Shown here piece by piece: positions 31,807-44,356 of a stretch of 64,000 nucleotides of DNA (positions are counted from its first letter, which is position 1; every line of letters starts with the position of its first letter). Both the position numbers and the translations under genes were made by a program. The DNA comes from an uncultured Chloroflexia bacterium (GTDB lineage Bacteria; Chloroflexota; Limnocylindria; QHBO01): assembly GCA_963840205.1 (NCBI GenBank), contig CAWIXZ010000001.1:227709-291708 (forward strand), written 5' to 3'. The notes under the pieces are model-generated. The model made no database searches. It had not been told where the DNA came from and saw only the letters and a list, made by a program, of their open reading frames with translations.

Positions 31807-32281
31807 TTGCCCGTCCAGCGGACGGCCCGCGCCACCTCGGCCGGCGGCGTCGTCATCCGCACGGTGGACGGTCGCATAGAGGTCGCCCTCGTTCATCGGC
31901 GCAGCCCCAGGCTCTGGGCGCTTCCCGAAGGGGACGCCGGACTCGGGCGAGACGATCGAGGAGACCGCGCTTCGCGAGACCCGGGAGGAGACCGGTCTCG
32001 AGGTCGAGATCCAGGCTCCCATCACCGCGATCCGCTACTACTTCGTGCGCGGGACGACGCGCTTCCACAAGACGGTGCACTTCTTCCTGATGCGCGCGAC
32101 CGGCGGATCGGTCGACGATCACGACGCGGAGTTCGACGAGGCCAGCTGGGTCGGCATCGACGAGGCGATGGCGCTGCTCACCCACGCGACGGAGCGCTCC
32201 GTGCTCGAGCAGGCGGCGGCCATGGACGCCGGCGGAGTTGGCCCGCGCGACACGGTCCGTTCGGCGAAGGCAGCCGGGTGA
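31807..32281 (+). CDS. NUDIX hydrolase. One frame change near 31930.
   Basis: Nudix box ETIEETALRETREETGLEV in ORF 32045..32281. The N-terminus GGVVIRTVDGRIEVALVHR is in ORF 31807..32742. Confidence 0.65.
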
Positions 32282-33405
32282 GCGCCGTCACCACCTCGTC
32301 GGACCTGAAGCGGACGCCGCTCCACGAGGTCCACCGCGAGCCTGGGGGCGCGCCTCGTCCCGTTCGCCGGCTACGAGATGCCGGTGCAGTACACCTCGAT
32401 CCTCGACGAGCACCGGGCGGTGCGGACGGCGGTCGGCCTCTTCGACCTGTCGCACATGGGCGAGCTCGAGCTGCGCGGCCCGGGTGCGGTCGACTTCCTG
32501 CGCTACGCGCTGGTGAGCGATCCCGCGGCGCTGGAGATCGGTGCCGCGCAGTACTCGATGGCGTGCGAGCCGGACGGCGGGGTCATCGACGACCTGATCG
32601 TCTACCGGCTCGGACCCGAGCGCTTCATGGTCGTGTGCAACGCCTCGAACCGCGCCGCCGTGGCCGCGCACTTCGCGGCGCTGCTCGAGACCCGCGCACG
32701 ACGATGCGACGCTCGAGGACCGGAGCGACGAGATCGCCCTGATCGCGCCGCAGGGCCCACGCGCCGCCGAGCTGCTCGGCCGCCTCTCGGACGTCGACCT
32801 CGACGGCCTCGCGAACTACCACGCCACCGAGGGCGCGGTGGCGGGCATCGAGTGCCTGGTGGCCCGGACGGGCTACACCGGGGAGGACGGGTTCGAGCTC
32901 TTCTGCGACGCCGAGCGCGCCGCCGACCTGTGGCAGGCGCTCACCGAGCGGGGCGGCGACCTCGGCCTCCTCCCCGCCGGCCTCGGCGCCCGGGACACGC
33001 TGCGTCTCGAGGCCGGCATGCCGCTCTACGGCAACGAGCTCGACCGCGACACGAACCCGTACGAGGTCGAACTTCGGGCGCGTCGTGAAGCTCGAGAAGG
33101 GCGACTTCGTCGGTCGCGACGCGCTGGCGGCCGTGGCCGAGTCCGGGCCGAGCCGCCGGCTCGCCGGGCTCGAGATGATCGACAACGCGATCCCGCGCGC
33201 GGGCTACGAGGTGCGGAGCGACGGGAGGCCCGTCGGCCGCGTGACGAGCGGCACGCTGTCGCCGACGCTCGGCACGAAGATCGCGATGGCCATGGTGCCC
33301 GCGGAGCTGTGGGGCGTCGGCAACGAGTTCGAGGTCGTGGTGCGCGACCGACCGTATCGGTCCCAGCAGGTAAAGTTGCCGTTCTATCGGCGCCAGCGCG
33401 ACTGA
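32278..33405 (+). CDS. gcvT: Glycine cleavage system aminomethyltransferase (T protein). About 4 frame changes.
   Basis: Pieces in ORFs 31807..32742 (SDLKRTPLHEVH), 32378..33088 (YEMPVQYTSILDEHRAVRTAVGLFDLSHMGELELRG), 32838..33590 (ARTGYTGEDGFELF) and 33085..33405 (GRVTSGTLSPTLG). GTGA overlaps the NUDIX stop. Confidence 0.85.
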
Positions 33406-33439
33406 CGCGGCGACCCCGCCCAGGAGGATCACGAAGCCA

Positions 33440-33817
33440 ATGTCCTATCCCGACGACCTGCGCTACTCCAAGGAGCACGAGTGGGTCCGCGTCGATGGGT
33501 CGCAGGCGACGATCGGGATCACCAGCTTCGCCGCGGATGAGCTCGGGGACATCGTGTTTGTCGAGCTCCCCGAGCCGAGTGCCACGCTGAAGCAGTTCGG
33601 CACCTTCGGGGTCGTCGAGAGCGTGAAGGCCGTGAGCGACCTGTACTCGCCCGTGTCCGGCACGGTCGCCGAGGTCAACGAGGCGCTGCGGGACTCCCCG
33701 GAGCTGCTCAACTCCGACCCGTTCGGCGAGGGCTGGATCGTCCGGGTCGAGCTCGCCGACCCGTCGGAGCTCGATGCGCTGATGGACGCCGAGGCCTACG
33801 CCGCCGAGACCGGCTGA
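33440..33817 (+). CDS. gcvH: Glycine cleavage system H protein
   Basis: Intact 125-aa ORF with the lipoyl-lysine motif (ESVKAVSDLYSPVSG). Confidence 0.9.
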   Translation: MSYPDDLRYSKEHEWVRVDGSQATIGITSFAADELGDIVFVELPEPSATLKQFGTFGVVESVKAVSDLYSPVSGTVAEVNEALRDSPELLNSDPFGEGWIVRVELADPSELDALMDAEAYAAETG

Positions 33818-33826
33818 GCGCCCGGC

Positions 33827-35170
33827 ATGACCTACTCGCCACACACCGACGCCGACCGGGCGCGGATGCTCGAGGCCATCGGCGTCTCGTCGGTCGAGGA
33901 TCTCTTCGCCGACATCCCCGCCGGGGTCCGCGCGGGTCGCTGGACCATCCCGCCGCCCCTCGCGGAGCAGGAGGTGCGCTCGGAGCTCAGCCGCCTCGCG
34001 GGACGCAACCGCCTGCCCGAGGTGAGCTTCCTGGGCGCCGGGGCGTATCGGCACCTGGTCCCCTCGGTCGTCGGCGAGGTCATCGGCCGCCCGGAGTTCT
34101 CGACCTCCTACACGCCCTACCAGCCCGAGGTCAGCCAGGGCACGCTCCAGAGCATCTACGAGTTCCAGTCGCTCATCTGCGAGCTGACGGGCATGGAGGT
34201 CGCCAGCGCCTCGCACTATGACGGCGCGACCGCCACCGCCGAGGCCGCCCTGATGGCATGCCGCCTCACCCGGCGGCACCGTGTTGCGATCTCGGCGGGC
34301 GTGAGCCCCGACTACCGGCGCGTGCTTGAGACGTACTGCTCGGGGCCGGGCGTCGAGGTGATCACGGTGCCGATCGACCTCGCCGATGGCGGCAGCGGCA
34401 CGACGGAGCCGGGAGCCGCCGCGGAGGCCCTCGGCGATGACGTCGCCTGCCTTGTGGCCGCCCAGCCGAACTTCTACGGCCAGCTCGAGCCGATGCGGTC
34501 GCTCGCCGACGCCGCCCACGCCGCCGGCGCGCTGTTCGTCGCCGTGGTCGAGCCGACGTCGCTCGCCATCCTCGAGGCGCCCGGCGAGTACGGCGCGGAC
34601 ATCGTGACGGCCGAGGGGCAGCCGCTCGGCATCCCGGTGAGCTTCGGCGGCCCGTACGTGGGCCTCATGGCAGCGCGCATGGCGTCCGTGCGCCAGATGC
34701 CCGGTCGCCTCGTGGGCGCGACCCGCGACGTGCAGGGCCGCAAGGGCTACGTGCTCACGCTGCAGGCCCGCGAGCAGCACATCCGGCGAGAGAAGGCGGC
34801 GTCGAACATCTGCACCAACCAGGCGCTCATGGCGCTGGCGGCCACCGCGTACCTCACCGCGGTCGGCCCCGAGGGACTTCGCGAGGTGGCGGACCTGGGG
34901 ATGACGCAGGCGCGGCACCTCGTCGGCGCCCTCGAGGCGGCCGGCGTCGCGAAGCGGCGGTTCACCGGGCCGTATTTCGCGGAGGTGACCCTGGGCGTGC
35001 CGGACGCCAGCCGCCGTCACGCCGCGCTGGCGGAGCGCGGCATCGTGGCGGGCCACCTTCCCGGGGCCGACGAGCCGGAGCTCGGCGACACGCTGCTCCT
35101 CGCCACCACCGAGCTCACGACGGACGACGACATCGACCGGATTGTGGCTGCCCTCGAGGAGACGAGGTGA
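33827..35170 (+). CDS. gcvPA: Glycine dehydrogenase (decarboxylating) subunit 1
   Basis: Intact 447-aa ORF (FLGAGAYRHLVPSVV, SYTPYQPEVSQGTLQSIYEFQS). Confidence 0.9.
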   Translation: MTYSPHTDADRARMLEAIGVSSVEDLFADIPAGVRAGRWTIPPPLAEQEVRSELSRLAGRNRLPEVSFLGAGAYRHLVPSVVGEVIGRPEFSTSYTPYQPEVSQGTLQSIYEFQSLICELTGMEVASASHYDGATATAEAALMACRLTRRHRVAISAGVSPDYRRVLETYCSGPGVEVITVPIDLADGGSGTTEPGAAAEALGDDVACLVAAQPNFYGQLEPMRSLADAAHAAGALFVAVVEPTSLAILEAPGEYGADIVTAEGQPLGIPVSFGGPYVGLMAARMASVRQMPGRLVGATRDVQGRKGYVLTLQAREQHIRREKAASNICTNQALMALAATAYLTAVGPEGLREVADLGMTQARHLVGALEAAGVAKRRFTGPYFAEVTLGVPDASRRHAALAERGIVAGHLPGADEPELGDTLLLATTELTTDDDIDRIVAALEETR

Positions 35171-36840
35171 GCGTCGCGGAGGCGCCCGAGCGCCGCGACG
35201 CCTCGGGACGCGGCGCCGCATTCTCCGGTGCGACCGGGGGCGAGGAGCTCACCATCGTCGAGCCGCTCATCTTCGACCGGTCGCGCGCCACGCGACGGGC
35301 GGTGCGCTTCCCGTCCGCCTCCGCGCGAGCTCGCGAGCGCGGCGACGGGCAGCCGGAGCTGCCCGCATCGGTCCTGCGGTCCGAGGCCCCACGGCTTCCG
35401 GAGGTGAGCGAGCTCGACATGCTCCGCCATTTCAACCGGCTCGCGCACCTCAACCACGCGATCGACCTCGGGTTCTACCCGCTGGGCTCGTGCACGATGA
35501 AATACAACCCCAAGGTCAACGAGTGGGCCGCGCGGCTTCCCGGCCTCGCCGAGTCACACCCGCTCGACCCGGAGGCGCTGAGCCAGGGGAGCCTCGAGCT
35601 CATGTGGCTTCTCGCCGAGCTGCTGAAGGAGATCAGCGGCTTCCCCGCGGTGAGCCTCCAGCCCGCGGCCGGCGCCCACGGGGAGCTCACCGGGCTGCTC
35701 ATGGCCCGTGCCTTCCACCGCGCGAACGGCGAGGGCGACACGCGCACGAAGGTGCTCATCCCGGACAGCGCGCACGGCACGAACCCCGCGACCGCGACCA
35801 TGGTCGGCTACGAGACGGTCACCATCCGCTCGAACGAGCGAGGCGGGATCGATCTCGCGGCACTGCGCGCGGCGCTCGGCCCCGACGTGGCCGCGCTGAT
35901 GATCACGAACCCCAGCACGCTCGGCATCTTCGAGGACCAGATCGACCAGGTCGTCGCGGCGGTCCGCGAGTCGGGCGCCATCGGCTACATGGACGGCGCG
36001 AACCTGAACGCGATCCTCGGTCGCTTCCGGCCCGGCGAGGCCGGCTTCGACGTCATGCACTTCAACCTGCACAAGACCTTCAGCACGCCCCACGGCGGCG
36101 GGGGACCCGGCGCGGGACCGGTCGGCGTGAGCAGCCGCCTCGAGCCGTTCCTGCCCGTACCGCTGCCCGTGCTCCTCGAGGGGGACCCGGACGAGGTGCG
36201 CCGCAACGCGTGGGCGGGCCGCTCGACGCCCGGCGCGCGGTTCATCCTCGACGGGGACCGGCCGCAGAGCATCGGCAAGGTACGCAGCTTCCACGGCAAC
36301 TTCGGCATGTTCGTGCGCGCCTACACGTACATCCGCAGCAACGGCGACGCCGGCCTGCGGGGCATCAGCGACGACGCGGTGCTCGCGGCGAACTACCTGC
36401 GCATGCGGCTGCACGACGTGTACGACCTGCCGTACGACCGCATCTCGAAGCACGAGGTCGTCTTCTCGGGGCGTCGCCAGAAGCGGCAGCACGGGGTCAC
36501 GACGCTCGACATCGCGAAGGCGATCCTCGACCACGGCATCCACCCGCCCACGATCTACTTCCCGCTCATCGTCGAGGAGGCCCTGATGGTGGAGCCGACC
36601 GAGACCGAGAGCCTCGAGACGCTCGACCACTTCGTCGGCGTCATGCGCGACATCGCGGCACGCGCGGAGTCCGATCCCGACTCGATCAGACGGGCACCGA
36701 CGACCACGCCGGTGGGACGCCTGGACGAGGCAGCCGCGGCACGACGGCCGGACCTGCGCTACGCCTTCGGAGCCGATGCCGGCGCCCCGGCGCCGGTAAC
36801 GTCCGCCGAAGAGACGACGACGGCCGCACCCACCGCCTGA
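35167..36840 (+). CDS. gcvPB: Glycine dehydrogenase (decarboxylating) subunit 2
   Basis: Intact 557-aa ORF (YPLGSCTMKYNPKVNE, HFNLHKTFSTPHGGGGPGAGP). Confidence 0.9.
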   Translation: MSVAEAPERRDASGRGAAFSGATGGEELTIVEPLIFDRSRATRRAVRFPSASARARERGDGQPELPASVLRSEAPRLPEVSELDMLRHFNRLAHLNHAIDLGFYPLGSCTMKYNPKVNEWAARLPGLAESHPLDPEALSQGSLELMWLLAELLKEISGFPAVSLQPAAGAHGELTGLLMARAFHRANGEGDTRTKVLIPDSAHGTNPATATMVGYETVTIRSNERGGIDLAALRAALGPDVAALMITNPSTLGIFEDQIDQVVAAVRESGAIGYMDGANLNAILGRFRPGEAGFDVMHFNLHKTFSTPHGGGGPGAGPVGVSSRLEPFLPVPLPVLLEGDPDEVRRNAWAGRSTPGARFILDGDRPQSIGKVRSFHGNFGMFVRAYTYIRSNGDAGLRGISDDAVLAANYLRMRLHDVYDLPYDRISKHEVVFSGRRQKRQHGVTTLDIAKAILDHGIHPPTIYFPLIVEEALMVEPTETESLETLDHFVGVMRDIAARAESDPDSIRRAPTTTPVGRLDEAAAARRPDLRYAFGADAGAPAPVTSAEETTTAAPTA

Positions 36841-36863
36841 GCACGGTTGACCCGCCCGTGAGT

Positions 36864-36890
36864 GAACCAAAGTGGGGGCTGCGGCGTACT
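36864..36890 (+). promoter_or_regulatory. Candidate ECF-sigma-type (autoregulatory) promoter
   Basis: GAACC (36864-36868), 16-nt spacer, CGTACT (36885-36890), about 40 bp upstream of the sigma-factor start. This resembles the GGAAC-N16-CGT architecture of ECF promoters. Confidence 0.35.
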
Positions 36891-36928
36891 ATCACAAACC
36901 CCGAGGCGGACCCGCCGGCACAGGTGCA

Positions 36929-37526
36929 TATGGACGCAAAGCAGCCGGACGATCTCGTCGAGCGCATGCAGGGCGGCGACCTGGATGCGTTCGAGGAATT
37001 CTTCAACACCTACAAGCGACCGGTGTATGGGACCGCCCTGGCCATCACGCGCGACCCGTTCCTGGCGGAGGAGGTCCTCCAGGACTGCTTCGTCAAGGCC
37101 TATCGCGTCCGCGAGCGGCTCGATCCGACGCGCTCCCCGCTCCCGTGGCTCCAGCGCGTGACGATCAACCTCTGCTACAGCCGCGTGAGCCGCCGCCGTG
37201 CGCTGGCCGAGCCGATCACGAGCCTCATCAACAACCTCGTCATTGACCTCTCGCTGCGCCCCGACCAGGTCGTCGAGTCGCGCGAGGTGCTGGAGGTCCT
37301 GCAGCGAGGCATCGACTCGCTGCCGCCGAAGCAGCAGACGGCGGTCATCCTCTACTACCTGCACGGCTACTCGCTCGCGGAGTCGGCGGACATCGCCGAG
37401 TGCAACGTGGGCACCATGAAGTCCCGCCTGCATTACGCGCTCAAGGCGCTCCGCACGCGCCTTCCGGAGGAGCGTCGCGTCCCCGTCGGCACGCCCGCGC
37501 GCGTGCCCGCGAGGCCGGTCCGATGA
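36929..37526 (+). CDS. ECF (sigma-70 family group 4) RNA polymerase sigma factor
   Basis: Region 2 (FEEFFNTYKRPVYGTALAITRDPFLAEEVLQDCFVKAYR) and region 4 (QQTAVILYYLHGYSLAESADIAECNVGTMKSRLHYALKALR) at the end of ORF 35142..37526. Confidence 0.85.
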
Positions 37527-38251
37527 CCTGCCGGCGGGTCCGCCGCGAGCTCCTCGACACGGTGCGCTTCGGCGAGCTGGGACCGGGCTCGGCCGCGCAC
37601 CTCGCTCACCTCGCGGGCTGCCGCGCGTGCCGCGACGACGTCGGTTTCGACCGAGCGCTGGTGGCGCAGCTTCGTCGCGCATTGACCGCGCGCGTGGAGC
37701 CGTTCTCACCGCCCTCGCGCGCCTGGTACGCCATCCTCGCCGAGGCCCAGCGCCCGGAGCCGCCCACCGGCGTCTGGGCATGGTCCGCCGCCTTCGTGGG
37801 CCGCCTGCGGACGGCGACCGCGATGGCCGGCACCGGCCTCGCGCTGCTTCTCGCGCTGAACATGGAGGTCGTTCCCGTCACCCCGGCAGCGGCGGCGCCC
37901 GCAGTGGAAGCCGAAGAGCTCACTCTCCAGCCGGTCCCGCGGCTTGTGACGGGGAGAACCACGCTCGTCGCACTCGCGAACCTGTCCGACTCGATCGGAG
38001 GCGGCGAGAGGAGCGTCCCGGATCCTGAGCTGGAGCTCATGCAGGCCGACACGCGCGTGGCACCGCGGCCGCCGGTCAGCGACTCGGCGCCGGTTGACGG
38101 CGGCGCCACGACCGAGCTGCGCCTGGTGGTGCGGCCCTCGCAGACGCCGGAGGAGGCTCGCGACGGAGGGCCCACGCGGGCGCCGAGCGCGGCGGATTCG
38201 GCCGGCTCGGCCGGCGAAGTCGTCGAGCTCGAGCCCGGCACGCCTTCGTAA
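37523..38251 (+). CDS. Zinc-finger (zf-HC2) anti-sigma factor, single-pass membrane protein
   Basis: ATGA overlaps the sigma factor stop. H-x3-C-x2-C motif (HLAHLAGCRAC), a TM segment (TAMAGTGLALLLALNMEVVPV) and a C-terminal extracytoplasmic region. Confidence 0.75.
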   Translation: MTCRRVRRELLDTVRFGELGPGSAAHLAHLAGCRACRDDVGFDRALVAQLRRALTARVEPFSPPSRAWYAILAEAQRPEPPTGVWAWSAAFVGRLRTATAMAGTGLALLLALNMEVVPVTPAAAAPAVEAEELTLQPVPRLVTGRTTLVALANLSDSIGGGERSVPDPELELMQADTRVAPRPPVSDSAPVDGGATTELRLVVRPSQTPEEARDGGPTRAPSAADSAGSAGEVVELEPGTPS

Positions 38252-38374
38252 GAATCGACCGAGTGTGCGAGACTAGCGAATTGAGCATGGATCACCTTGG
38301 GGTACCGGCTCGCGCTGTGTGAGCGACCGGAGCCGGGATCCACGTCAGCACAAAAACTGTTTGGAGGAGAGTGG

Positions 38375-40102
38375 ATGCGCACCTGGAGATGGATCTCCGC
38401 ACTGGCCGTGCTAGCCCTTGTGCTGGCCGCCTGCGGAACGCAGACCGGCGCGAGCCCGTCGGCGGATGAAGAGTCAGAGGCACCGGCCGAGACCGGTGAG
38501 GCCTCGGCGCCGCCGACCGATGGTGGCGATGGCGAGCCCGTTGCGGGCGGCACGCTGGTCTTTGCCGGCGCGCGCCTGGCGGCCAGCCTCGATCCCGTGC
38601 AGACGAGCGACGGCGAGTCGTTCCGTATCCTGCAGCAGATCTACGAGCCGCTCGTTGACCTGGCGCCGGGCAGCACGAGCGAGCTCGTGGGCGTCCTGGC
38701 CGAGTCATGGGAGGGCGGTCCCGAGGACACGACCTACGTCTTCCACCTCCGTGAGGGCGTGACGTTCCATGACGGAACGCCATTCAACGCAGAGGCGGTG
38801 AAGATCAACTTCGACCGCTGGCAGAACTTCTCCGAGGAGTTCCAGGCCAACGCCTACTACTACGGCGCCACCATGAACGGCTTCGGCGACGGCAACCTCA
38901 TCGAGAGCGTCGAGGCGACGGACGAGTTCACGGTCACCTTTAATCTGACCGAGGCGAGCCCGACCTTCCTGTTCGCGATCACGCTGCCGGCGTTCGCCAT
39001 CGTGAGCCCGGCCGTGCTCGAGTCCACCAATGCGAGCGACCCGTCCACCACCTTCGGTGAGGACGTCACGCAGGCGGGCACCGGCCCGTTCATGCTCGAG
39101 TCCTACACGCCCGAGGAAGAGGCGACCCTCGCCCGCAACGAAGACTACTGGGGTGAGCCGGCGCTGCTCGACCGGGTGATCATTCGCCCGATCGCCGACC
39201 CCGCGGCGCGCCTCCAGGCGCTCCAGGGCGGCAGCGTCCAGGGCTACGACCTGGTCAATCCCGCGGACTACGAGACCATCGAAGGTGAGGAAGGGCTGGT
39301 GCTCGTCGAGCGCCTTTCCTTCAACAGCCTCTACCTCGGCGTGAACCCGACGGCCGCCGAGACCGCCGGCAATCCTCTGGCCGACCTCGCGGTCCGCGAG
39401 GCGGTCGAGTATGCCATCGACAAGGAGGCGCTCATCGAGCCCTTCTACGGTGGGCGTGGCTCAGTGGCCGACATCTTCCTCCCGCCGAGCAGCGGCTGGC
39501 ACGATGCCGTCCTAGCGGGTGTGGAGCCGCGTGGGTTCGACCCCGACCGGGCGCGTGAGCTCCTGGCCGAGGCCGGATTCGACGAGTCGAATCCTGCGGA
39601 AGTGGCGTTCTGGTTCCCGACCGAGGTGACCCGGCCCTACATGCCGGATCCCGCGGGCCTGCATCAGGCCGTCACGCAGATGCTTGAGGACGTCGGCTTC
39701 GTCGTCGTCCCCGGCAGCGACATCTGGGACAGCCCCGGGTACCTGGAGGATGCGCAGAACGGCCTCTACGACCTGCACTTCCTCGGGTGGACGGGCGACT
39801 ACGACGACCCGTCGAACTGGTACGGCGTGCACTTCGGCTACGACGCCGAGGGTGCCCCGGCGGCCCAGTTCGGCTGCGACGTCGAAGGCCTCAACGATGC
39901 CATCCAGGCAGCCGAGGCCGAGCTCGACCAGACCGCTCGTGGCGAGGCGTGGGCAGAGGTGGCGGGGATCATTCACTCGAATGTCTGCTTCATCACCCTG
40001 GTCCACGGCGACACCGCACTGGCGTTCGACGAGACCGTTCAGGGCTACACTGCCAACCCGACCGGTTCCGAGACCTTCTCGACGGTCTGGCTCAGCGAGT
40101 AG
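38375..40102 (+). CDS. ABC transporter substrate-binding lipoprotein, family 5 (peptide/nickel)
   Basis: Lipobox signal (LALVLAACGTQ), then SBP_bac_5-like sequence. It is the first gene of a five-gene dpp/opp-type operon. Confidence 0.85.
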   Translation: MRTWRWISALAVLALVLAACGTQTGASPSADEESEAPAETGEASAPPTDGGDGEPVAGGTLVFAGARLAASLDPVQTSDGESFRILQQIYEPLVDLAPGSTSELVGVLAESWEGGPEDTTYVFHLREGVTFHDGTPFNAEAVKINFDRWQNFSEEFQANAYYYGATMNGFGDGNLIESVEATDEFTVTFNLTEASPTFLFAITLPAFAIVSPAVLESTNASDPSTTFGEDVTQAGTGPFMLESYTPEEEATLARNEDYWGEPALLDRVIIRPIADPAARLQALQGGSVQGYDLVNPADYETIEGEEGLVLVERLSFNSLYLGVNPTAAETAGNPLADLAVREAVEYAIDKEALIEPFYGGRGSVADIFLPPSSGWHDAVLAGVEPRGFDPDRARELLAEAGFDESNPAEVAFWFPTEVTRPYMPDPAGLHQAVTQMLEDVGFVVVPGSDIWDSPGYLEDAQNGLYDLHFLGWTGDYDDPSNWYGVHFGYDAEGAPAAQFGCDVEGLNDAIQAAEAELDQTARGEAWAEVAGIIHSNVCFITLVHGDTALAFDETVQGYTANPTGSETFSTVWLSE

Positions 40103-40127
40103 CAGGCCTTCCCCCTCGACCTAGACT

Positions 40128-40159
40128 GAGAGGGCCCCGGCGCATGCCGGGGCCCTCTC
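40128..40159 (+). terminator. GC-rich hairpin after the binding-protein gene (possible intra-operon attenuator/terminator)
   Basis: GAGAGGGCCCCGGC gcat GCCGGGGCCCTCTC, a perfect 14-bp stem. Confidence 0.45.
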
Positions 40160-40183
40160 GCGCTATCCGGTTCAGGAGGGTAC

Positions 40184-41191
40184 GTGGGTAAGTTCATCCT
40201 CCGGCGGATCCTGCTGCTGATCCCGATCCTGCTCGGGGTGTCGGTGCTCATCTTCCTGTTCATCCGACTCCTGCCGGGCGACCCGGCGGGAGCGATCCTC
40301 GGCGAGCGCGCGACTCCCGAGAGCCTCGCGCGCGTGCGCGACGCCCTCGGCCTCAACCTGCCCCTCCACGAGCAGTACTTCTCCTACCTGAGCGGCCTCG
40401 TCCGGGGAGACCTCGGCAGCAGCTTCATCACGAACCGCGACGTGGTCGATGACTTCCTCCAGCGGTTCCCGGCCACGATAGAGCTCACAGCCGCCGCGAT
40501 GGTCTTCGCGCTCGGCCTGGGTATCCCGCTCGGAATGCTCACTGCCAAGCGTCGCGGCTCGTGGGTCGACCAGTTCGGGACGGTGGTGTCGCTCGTCGGC
40601 ATCAGCATCCCGATCTTCTTCCTGGGGCTGATGCTGAAGTACGTCTTCGCGATCCAGTTCCCGATCCTGCCCGACTCGGGGCGCATCGACCTCGTCGAGT
40701 ATTTCATCCCCAAGGTGACGAGGCTCATGACCGTCGACGCGCTCATCGCGGGTGACTTCGGCGGCTTCATAGACGCCCTGCGGCACCTCGTGCTACCCGG
40801 GATCGCGCTGGGCACGATCCCGCTCGCGATCATCATGCGCATCACCCGGGCGAGCGTCGTCGACGTCCTCAACGAGGACTACGTGCGCACCGCGAACGCG
40901 AAGGGCCTGCCCGGCAGGGTGGTCGACTCCCGGCACGTGTTGCGCAACGCGATGCTGCCGGTGGTCACCGTCATCGGTCTCCAGACCGGCCTCCTGCTGG
41001 GCGGGGCGATCCTCACCGAGACGATCTTCGGCTGGGGTGGCGTCGGCACCTGGATCTACGACGCCGTCCGCACGAGCGACTACCAGGTGATCCAGAGCGG
41101 GGTGCTGCTGCTCGCCTTCATCTTCGTGCTGGTAAACCTGCTCGTCGACGTGAGCTACGCGTTCCTCAACCCGAGGATCCGATACTCGTGA
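40184..41191 (+). CDS. ABC transporter permease (DppB/OppB-like)
   Basis: Intact 335-aa polytopic ORF with the EAA-like motif region (VRTANAKGLPGRVVDSRHVLRNA). Confidence 0.85.
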   Translation: MGKFILRRILLLIPILLGVSVLIFLFIRLLPGDPAGAILGERATPESLARVRDALGLNLPLHEQYFSYLSGLVRGDLGSSFITNRDVVDDFLQRFPATIELTAAAMVFALGLGIPLGMLTAKRRGSWVDQFGTVVSLVGISIPIFFLGLMLKYVFAIQFPILPDSGRIDLVEYFIPKVTRLMTVDALIAGDFGGFIDALRHLVLPGIALGTIPLAIIMRITRASVVDVLNEDYVRTANAKGLPGRVVDSRHVLRNAMLPVVTVIGLQTGLLLGGAILTETIFGWGGVGTWIYDAVRTSDYQVIQSGVLLLAFIFVLVNLLVDVSYAFLNPRIRYS

Positions 41192-42074
41192 GCCAGGCGA
41201 CCGTCGCCCTCGGCACGCAGCGCGAGGACCGCGCCGTCGGCCTCTGGACCGACGCGTTCCGGCGCATGCGCCGAAGCCCCGCCGCCCTCATCGGCGGCTC
41301 GATCATCGGCTTCTTCGTGCTCGTCGCGATCTTCGCGCCCTTCCTGGCGCCATACGACCCGACTCGCGGCAACCTCGCCGAGAGCTACCTGCCGCCCTCG
41401 TGGGAGCACCCGTTCGGCACGAACATCCAGGGCCAGGACGTGCTCTCGCGAATCATCTTCGGCACCCGGCTGACCCTCGGCATCGCGGTCATGTCGGTCG
41501 TCTTCGGCGTCAGCGTGGGCTCCTTATTCGGAGCGCTGGCGGGGTACTTCCGCGGCTGGGTCGACGCGGTGATCATGCGCGCCGTCGACATCCTCCTGTC
41601 GATCCCCGGCCTGCTGTTCGCCATCGGCGTGGTCACGTTCCTCGGCCGCGGCGTGGTGCAGATCGCGGTCGCGATCGCGATCGTCAACGTGCCAATCTTC
41701 GCGCGCCTTCTGCGTGGGAGCCTCCTCGGCCTGCGGGACGCGGATTACGTGACCGCCGCCCGTGCCGTGGGCGTCCGCGGTCCGGCGCTGCTCCTGCGAC
41801 ACATGCTGCCGAACGCGCTGGGCCCGATGATCGTGCAGGCCACGCTGGCGCTCGCCACGGCGGTGGTGGACGCGGCTGCGCTCGGGTTCCTGGGCCTCGG
41901 GCCACCGGACCCGCGCACGCCCGAGTGGGGGTCGATGCTCTCCGACACGTATCGCTACCTGAACGAGGCGGTGTACCTCGCCTTCTTCCCGGGTATCGCC
42001 ATCGTGATCAGCGTGCTCGGCTTCAACCTGCTCGGCGACGGGATGCGCGAGGCGCTCGACCCGAGGCTGCGGCG

Positions 42075-42078
<4 letters not shown>
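41188..42078 (+). CDS. ABC transporter permease (DppC/OppC-like)
   Basis: Intact 296-aa polytopic ORF overlapping its neighbours by 4 bp. Confidence 0.85.
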
Positions 42079-44332
<2,254 letters not shown>

Positions 44333-44356
44333 GCGCGCTGGGCGATACTGCCCGGC